From the NCBI GenBank assembly GCA_951406725.2, contig OX597815.1, positions 210,304,001 to 210,368,000 on the forward strand: a DNA stretch of 64,000 bases, read 5' to 3'. The notes under the pieces are model-generated. The model searched no databases, was not told the origin of the DNA, and worked only from the letters and a program-made list of their open reading frames with translations. This DNA is from Octopus vulgaris. Lineage: Eukaryota. The translations under genes and the position numbers were made by a program. Of the stretch, positions 56,203-64,000 are shown in pieces. Numbering within the stretch: position 1 is the first letter of the stretch; each line of letters begins with the position of its first letter.

Positions 56203-57458
56203 TATTAAGCTGTCTCACATGAAATGTCGCATTTGAAAGAGGAAACATTAGAATTGGATTTTAAGTTTTAGAATATTTATTTAATCAAAATATGATCCTT
56301 TTTCATTTATGACCATCATCCAACTTTCCTCTTCGGCATATATTTCATCTTCATAGAATTTGTCATCTTTTATGCTGATAAACTGTTCGAATGCTTCAAT
56401 ACCTTCTTTATTTAAGACTGTTTTATTAGGTATAGCGAGCTCAAAGTGTTTATATATATAATAATCAGTAGGAGAGATATCAGGAGAATAAGGAGTTTTT
56501 ACCAAAATTTCATAATTCAGGATTTACAACTTTTGGACCGTAGCTTGAGAAGAGTAAGGCCGTGCTTTATCATCATGACGCAAAATTGGGCCATCTCTGT
56601 TCATGGGTTGCTTCTTTTTTAATTTTTCATGCATACAATCAAATTCCTGACCCTAGGATCTTGCTGTTACAGATTTTCCTTGTTGCAAAAATGAATAATG
56701 TATAACCTCCTTTGTTGACCACCGTAAAGTGACCATCAACTTTTTAGGGTGCAATAGTGGTTTAGGGTAGTGTTTTGGTGACTCTCTTGCATCTAACTAC
56801 TGTCCTGTCCTACTACAGTTATCAAAAAGTATCCATTTCTCATCACACGTGACGTGTCGATACAAAAACGGTTCTCTTTCCAACCGAGAATCAACATGGA
56901 ACACACCATAAGGCGTCTGTATCTTTGAATCTCATTAAGTTGATGGGTAACAAACCTATCCATCTTTTTTTTCACTTTTCCAATGTTCTTCAAGTGTCAA
57001 GAAGCATTTGCAGGAGATGCTTGGAGCTCTGATCTGAATTTTCGAACAGTTGTTCTCAGATTTCATTTAACCAAAACATTCATTCCCTCATACCGAATAA
57101 CTGATTTTGGTTTCCTCTTGGTTCCTTTGTGAGGCTTTCATTTCATGAACGAAATCTTTGAAACCATCTCTGAACATTTCTAATGTCAACAGAATCGTTA
57201 CCAAAGGCCTTCTTGATGTTTCGTATAGCTTCGGTAGCAGATTTACACAATTTGTATTCGTACAAGAAAATCGCTCGGTATTTTTCAGTTGTCAACAATG
57301 CCATAGGAGCAATAGGTAGTCATTTTGAATAATAGTATTGTCTAGAAAGAAAAAAAGTAAACACAAGCATATACATAGAAACTCATTAAAAATCCATTTA
57401 TAGATGACTCTCAAGAAACCCATTTAAAATACTACGCTTCATGTGAGACAACTTAATA
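56203..57458 (-). mobile_element. Full-length decayed mariner (DD34D)
   Basis: TIRs TAttaag(c/t)tgtctcacatgaa at both ends, ~1.25 kb; motifs FVTHQL, VTCDEKWILFDN, HDDKARPY, PYSPDISPTDY; frameshifted. Confidence 0.92.
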
Positions 57459-58391
57459 TTATTAAATACTATAGAGGTGAAAATGCACAAAGCCTAAAAT
57501 AAAATAAAATAACATAATAACATAAGATACAGTATGTTATTGTGTAGTCAAGTGATAATTTGTTATTTAACTATAAACAAAAACGGAGCAAATGTATATA
57601 AATATCATTCGTAATTAATTTAAGATGAAAGACATTATAGAAAATTTGTTACACTTAGTAAGTACCTAAAGAATTAAGTAACTTAAAAGATGGAAGAACT
57701 TAATGCTAGAATTAAATAGTATATATTATCATTATATACATGGTTACGCTTCAAAGTTTATTAATTTCAAACGTGTTTAATATAGATAGAATCATATACT
57801 ATATAATAATGAGTAATCAGAAAAATAGAATATTTTAATAGTAAAAGTAAAAATAAAATTAAATTGAATAATTATCTTATTAAATTCCATCACCCCTAAG
57901 ACTAATATTGAGTTGGACAAGTAAAGTCAAATAAAAATTATTCGTCAAAATATATACATTTTCAGCATTCCAGAGAAAATAGCGGAAATAAGTATGGAAG
58001 AAGAGAATGGTTCAGGTTAAAACCATAAATTAAAGAAGAAGGGAGAACATCCATGCCTATAAATATAAGGGCATAAAGAGCGGTCAATATATCAAGATTA
58101 ATTGAAACTTATTTTTAAGATTTTAAATAGGTTGTCTGCAACACCGGAAGTAGGTATTTATTATATAGAGGAAACTGGGAATATTGTGTACAAGGGACGA
58201 ATAGTTAGATAGAGCTGGGCTACACAATTATATGCCATACAATTATATACAATTATATATATTAATAATATAGCCAAAGTTATGGTTTATACAGTAAAAT
58301 GCAATAGTATAGTATTTTATTGGTATGAATAAAGAACTAATGGCTTTGATGGACTTAGTTACAAAGAGAAAAAACGTAAATAAAATAATTA

Positions 58392-58997
58392 TTATTAAGA
58401 GAGAGAATAAAAACTCGAATGGTGGTAATTTAAGAAATATATCAATACTTAAGCAGAGACAGAGGATAATTAAAGAAAGATACTATAAATATAGTATATA
58501 TTTTTATCTTGTATGTTGATATATCTGCGGGGAACAAACATATATATTAGTCTAAAATATGATGTAGGAATAAAACATATGGATATGAATAGCCATAAAT
58601 AAAAATTGATAGTAAAGGGGAGGTAATATATTGCTGGAACCAAACGAAAATAAGTTATAGAAAATACTGAGTGAAATAAAAAAATTGTCATCTATAAGAA
58701 TATCACTTGTAATTATCTATTTGCCTAACTATCAAAAACTAAACTAACTAATGATTATAAATAAATAAATAAATAAATAAGTATATAGATAAATAAATTA
58801 ATTAATAAATAATTAAATCTATAATTTAACCATAAAGTAAATAAATAATGAGGCTAGAAATATATATATTAAAAGAGAGAGAAAAATTCGAAGGGAGGTA
58901 ATTTAAGAAATATATCATTACTTAAAGATTGAGCCAGAGGATAATTAAAGAAAGATACTATATAAATATAATAATATACGTATTTTTTATCTCGTAT
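58392..58997. repeat. Diverged ~125-bp direct repeat pair
   Basis: About 58392-58515 and 58868-58997 share ggtaatttaagaaatatatca..tactta..cagaggataattaaagaaagatactata. Confidence 0.8.
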
Positions 58998-59099
58998 ATT
59001 AATATATAAAGATAGAGCCAGTGGGCGCAGGGAAAATATATATATAAGTTAGTGTCTTATGAGATAGGGGTAATGAGATTAATGATAATGCTGTCTTAT

Positions 59100-59310
59100 C
59101 TCATAATAATATCTGGTTGATAATACGTTTTTAGAGTTTATCAATGCAACTTGATAAAATCTATTTTTCAATTATTAATAAACATTTTAATAACATTATA
59201 TGCCATGAAATTATTGATAATAACGCTATTAATGTAGGATATAGTTTAACATATGAACTTGCAACTATTATATTTGCTATAATTAATAAGAAATTAGGCG
59301 TATTCTACTT
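59100..59310 (+). pseudogene. Possible decayed Penelope-like ORF fragment (RT to GIY-YIG linker)
   Basis: KIYFSIINKHF...IIDNNAINVGYSLTYELATII resembles the PLE linker pattern LIDKHF...IFNxNTVKxSYSCxxNxxxII; recalled similarity only. Confidence 0.4.
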
Positions 59311-59313
59311 GAA

Positions 59314-59438
<125 letters not shown>

Positions 59439-59537
59439 TAGCTACACATAAAACAATGTCATTGAAGATGATGATGGTGATGGTGATGTTGCTGATGATG
59501 GTGATGGTGGTGAAGATGATAGTAATAACAATAATAA

Positions 59538-62500
59538 CTGACAGATCCCGTCTTTTTCCCTTTCTTTTCGTTTCCTTCTCCGTATTTTATTCTCATTATT
59601 TCGAACTAATACAGACACAGTAAGCCTTGAAGAAAGGAAGAGGAGGAAAGGAAAAAAAAAAAATGTCCGGAGATAAAACTATCAACAAAAAAAATACAGA
59701 CGAATATAGATCTGCTAGTCTTAAGAAGCGGCGCTATGAGCAATGCTTACACGTAGTGAACCCTAAACTGACAGATCCATCTCCTAATATAAGAATGGAT
59801 GCTCGTCATGCTTCAAGGTCAACAAATCAAACAATAAACCGCATTGGTCATTGCGCGGATTACAAAAGACCACGTACCCGAAAATTGAACCAAATCCTGA
59901 TTGAAAAATCAGTTACTGGATCAAATCTTCCCAACACACAGGAGCTGGACGAACCCCACAACCGGAATATTCCAACAGATGGCCATCCATGCTCATCACC
60001 AAATAATCAAAAGAAAAAGAAGGAAAAATGGTCTAGGGAAGATAATAAAGAAGTTCTTGAGGCCTTCTACCATGCCATATATTTCCCCACAGATAAGTCT
60101 AGCACTGTACAAGCATACTTAAACTGGAGACAGAAACACCCTGAAGTAAGACCCTACATAGACAGTAACAAGCTTGCCAATGTTAGAAGAAACATTATAA
60201 AAAAGAAATTACTGACTGAAGTAGAGATTGATCAGGTTAGACAAGCAATATCGGATAAAATGAACGAAGCTGCAGCTAGAGAAGATAATACAGAGGAAAT
60301 GATTATAGACCAGCCCAGGGCGGATAAAAACGAAGAGAGGATTGAAAGAGTTAGTATAAGTGATAGGCAAAGTGAAATACGCCCTGAACCAATCATAAAC
60401 ACTAAGACAGATGAGCATCAAATAGATAAAGAAAGTCACACAAATATTGACCCAACAGAACTACATGAGCTAAAAAATCAAATCATGATTGAATGGCTGA
60501 AAATTAAAGAAACCAGTATGGATGAGCGTGATACACTTCCTAAAATCCGCAACTCTAACCAAAACATGAAAATAATTGGTAAAATCCGGCTTGCACTTAA
60601 GGATATAATTTCAGTTAATGATGTTGATATCACAAACCTCAACCACCTATACTATGCATCCGCGAAAATCTCAACGATCCTATGTGGTGTAAAGATTAGA
60701 AAACGGCAACAGTCCCACAAAAAGCCTTCTTGGCAAGAGCGTCTGCAACAACAAATTAAAATATTTAGATCTGACATTGAATATTTGAAAAACCTTAAGG
60801 CTCACAAGATTACCAAACCTACAAAAACCCAAAAATTACTGAAAAAATACAATATGAAAACTATACTTGATATTGATGCCACCATAGAAACCATCAAACA
60901 AAAGGTATCTGCCAAAGCTGCCCGCATAGCGAGGTATGAAAAGCGTGTTAGATTTTTCAAGGACAACAACATGTTCAAAAATAACACCAAGAATTTTTAC
61001 AGGAAGATAGGAAAAACAGCGTTTACTGCAGGGTCTGTACCATCAAAAGAAGAAGTGCAGAGATTTTGGAATAAAATCTGGGCAGAAGAAAAACACACAA
61101 CGAAAAGGCCCCCTGGATTGACAGAATATCTACAGAAGAGCAAAAGTGGGAGGGTGTCAAGGTAGAAGATATAAGATCTGCTCTCAGGAGGTCAAGCAAA
61201 TGGAAGTCTCCAGGAAAGGATAAAATTCCTAACTTCTGGCTGAATGCCTTCCCAGAGAGCCATGAACTGCTAACAGAACTGTACAATGATGTTTTGCAAC
61301 ACCCTAGTAGGATGCCTCCTTGGCTAGTTAATGGGTTAACATTCCTGCTTCCAAAAAGTGAAGAAACAAATGAACCAAAAAACTATAGACCCATAACTTG
61401 CTTAACAACTATGTACAAAACACTAACATCTGTCCTGACGGAATATACCTATAGTTTTTTAACAGACAGCAGCATATTCCCTAATGAACAGAAAGGATGT
61501 AAACGTGGATCCTACGGCTGTAAAGACCAACTACTCATCAATAAGATGATCTTAGAAGATTGTCACAAACGACACAAAAACTTATCAATAGCCTGGATAG
61601 ACTATAAAAAGGCTTTTGATAGCCTACCACATAGCTGGATTAGGAAATGCCTTGAAATGTATAAGATAGCACCAACTCTGCGAAACTTCTTGACTGTAAG
61701 TATGAGATCATGGAGAACCACACTAACTCTGAACAGTGACAGTGAATTCCTAAATGCTGGTGATGTAAAAATTTCGTGTGGCATTTTCCAGGGTGACTCA
61801 CTGTCACCACTCCTCTTTTGTTTATCCTTAATACCTCTCTCAAAGCTGCTCAATGACGCGCAGTACGGGTATAAAATGTTTGATAAAAATATAAATCATC
61901 TCGTTTACATGGATGATTTAAAGCTTTTTGCAAAAAATGATCAACAACTCAAGGGCTTACTAGCGATAGTCAAACAATTCAGTGACGACATCAGAATGCA
62001 ATTCGGCCTCGATAAATGTGCAAAGGCTACCTTTATCAAAGGAAAAAATGACAGAAACATCTAACGTTAACCTTGACCAACAGAATGTCATAAAAGAACT
62101 AGACCCAGCGGAGAGCTACAAGTACCTAGGGATAATTGAAGGGAACGGAATAAGGCATTCAGAGATGAAGGAAAGGATCAGGAGAGAATGCTATCGAAGA
62201 GTGAGAGCAATACTCAAGACAGAGCTGAATGCAAGAAACAGGATCGAAGCAATCAATGCATTAGCTATACCAGTCGTGACTTACAGTTTCAATATTGTTA
62301 ACAGGTCAATTACTGAAATATGTCAGCTCGACAGAAAAATAAGGAAACTGTTGACAATGCATAGAATGCACCACCCTAAGGCAGATACAGAACGACTCTA
62401 TCTGCCAAGAAAAGAGGGAGGCCGTGGTCTTTTGCAACTGGCAATAACAATGAAGATTGCTACAATTGGCCTAGACACCTACCTGAAAAACTCTGAGGAC

Positions 62501-62864
62501 TGGATGCTAAAACTTGTCTCAAAACATGAAAACAAGAAAGCATCATACTCAGTCACAAAACAGGCAAAGGAATATCTAAGTGAATTCCGAATACAACCAA
62601 TTTCGGAGATAGATATACAAGAAACAAGCACAGAAAAAGCTAGGCGCATGAAAACCCGTGCCAAAACTGCGGCCTTAGATATTCTGAATAATAAATGGCA
62701 AGAAAAACCTCTCTATGGCAAATACCCAAAGAGAGCGAATAATGCAGATATCGACAAAGCCCTGACCCATCAATGGCTAATGGCCTCTGGCTTAAAATCT
62801 GAAACAGAGGGGTTTATCATAGCAGCTCAAGATCAATGCCTACCAACAAGAAACTACCAGGCCA
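59538..62864 (+). mobile_element. R4/Dong-like non-LTR retrotransposon, young, 3' end lost in the assembly gap
   Basis: Single long ORF with RT motifs WKSPGKDKIPNFW, NYRPITCL, IDYKKAFDS, GIFQGDSLSPLLF, YMDDLKLF, YKYLGI, LYLPRKEGGRGL and LKSETEGFIIAAQDQ; no APE domain upstream; begins after TAA-like repeats. The 5' boundary is approximate. Confidence 0.88.
59795..62864 (+). pseudogene. Retrotransposon ORF (N-terminal region plus reverse transcriptase) with two single-base frameshifts
   Basis: Frame 2 to ...FWNKIWAEEK, shift at about 61090 to frame 1 (THNEKAPW...ATFIKGK), shift at about 62045 back to frame 2 (MTETSN...LPTRNYQA); no in-frame stops seen. Start codon uncertain; the frame is open from 59627. 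Confidence 0.85.
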
Positions 62865-62964
62865 NNNNNNNNNNNNNNNNNNNNNNNNNNNNNNNNNNNN
62901 NNNNNNNNNNNNNNNNNNNNNNNNNNNNNNNNNNNNNNNNNNNNNNNNNNNNNNNNNNNNNNNN
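62865..62964. other. Assembly gap (100 N)
   Basis: Run of N. Confidence 1.
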
Positions 62965-64000
62965 TATTGTCTAGAAAGAAAAAAGTAAACACAAGCATAT
63001 ACATAGAAACTCATTAAAAATCCATTTATAGATGACTCTCAAGAAACCCATTTAAAATACTACGCTTCATGTGAGACAACTTAATATTATTAAATACTAT
63101 AGAGGTGCAAATGCACAAAGCCTAAAATAAAATAAAATAACATAATAACATAAGATACAGTATGTTATTGTGTAGCCAAGTGATAATTTGTTATTTAACT
63201 ATAAACAAAAACGGAGCAAATGTATATAAATATCATTCGTAATTAATTTAAGATGAAAGACATTATAGAAAATTTGTTACACTTAGTAAGTACCTAAAGA
63301 ATTAAGTAACTTAAAAGATGGAAGAACTTAATGCTAGAATTAAATAGTATATATTATCATTATATACATGATTACGCTTTAAAGTTTATTAATTTCAAAA
63401 GTGTTTAATATAGATAGAATCATATACTATATAATAATGAGTAATCAGAAAAATAGAATATTTTAATAGTAAAAGTAAAAATAAAATTAAATTGAATAAT
63501 TATCTTATTAAAGTCCATCACCCCTAAGACTAATATTGAGTTGGACAAGTAAAGTCAAATAAAAATTATTCGTCAAAATATATACATTTTCAGCATTCCA
63601 GAGAAAATAGCGGAAATAAGTATGGAAGAAGAGAATGGTTCAGGTTAAAACCATAAATAAAGAAGAAGGGAGAACATCCATGCCTATAAATATAAGGGCA
63701 TAAAGAGCGGTCAATATATCAAGATTAATTGAAACTTATTTTTAAGGTTGTCTGCAACACCGGAAGTAGGTATTTATTATATAGAGGAAACTGGGAATAT
63801 TGTGTACAAGGGACGAATAGTTAGATAGAGCTGGGCTACACAATTATATGCCATACAATTATATACAATTATATATATTAATAATATAGCCAAAGTTATG
63901 GTTTATACAGTAAAATGCAATAGTATAGTATTTTATTGGTATGAATAAAGAACTAATGGCTTTGATGGACTTAGTTACAAAGAGAAAAAAACGTAAATAA
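62965..64000 (+). repeat. Near-identical second copy of 57336-58383
   Basis: Colinear, with a few SNPs and an 11-bp indel; includes the mariner terminal TIR. Confidence 0.95.

Overview
AT-rich, microsatellite-saturated animal genomic DNA. The SINE families and repeat landscape look like an octopus (coleoid cephalopod) genome; this is my recognition, not a database result. No host protein-coding gene could be supported, and nearly all ORF-track entries are microsatellite artefacts. The window holds several tRNA-derived SINE families, two decayed mariners, a Tc1, a probable maT/DD37D remnant, four Helitron-type elements, a 5S rRNA pseudogene and an old LINE RT remnant. It also holds a young R4/Dong-like non-LTR retrotransposon that runs into a 100-N gap, after which about 1 kb of upstream sequence is repeated. 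The most notable signal is about a dozen minimal type-I hammerhead ribozyme motifs of the Penelope-like element (PLE) kind. They include a 2.6-kb cluster (42.37-44.95 kb) of three different fold-back elements carrying outward-facing hammerheads in their arms. All coordinates were read by eye and may be off by a few bases.
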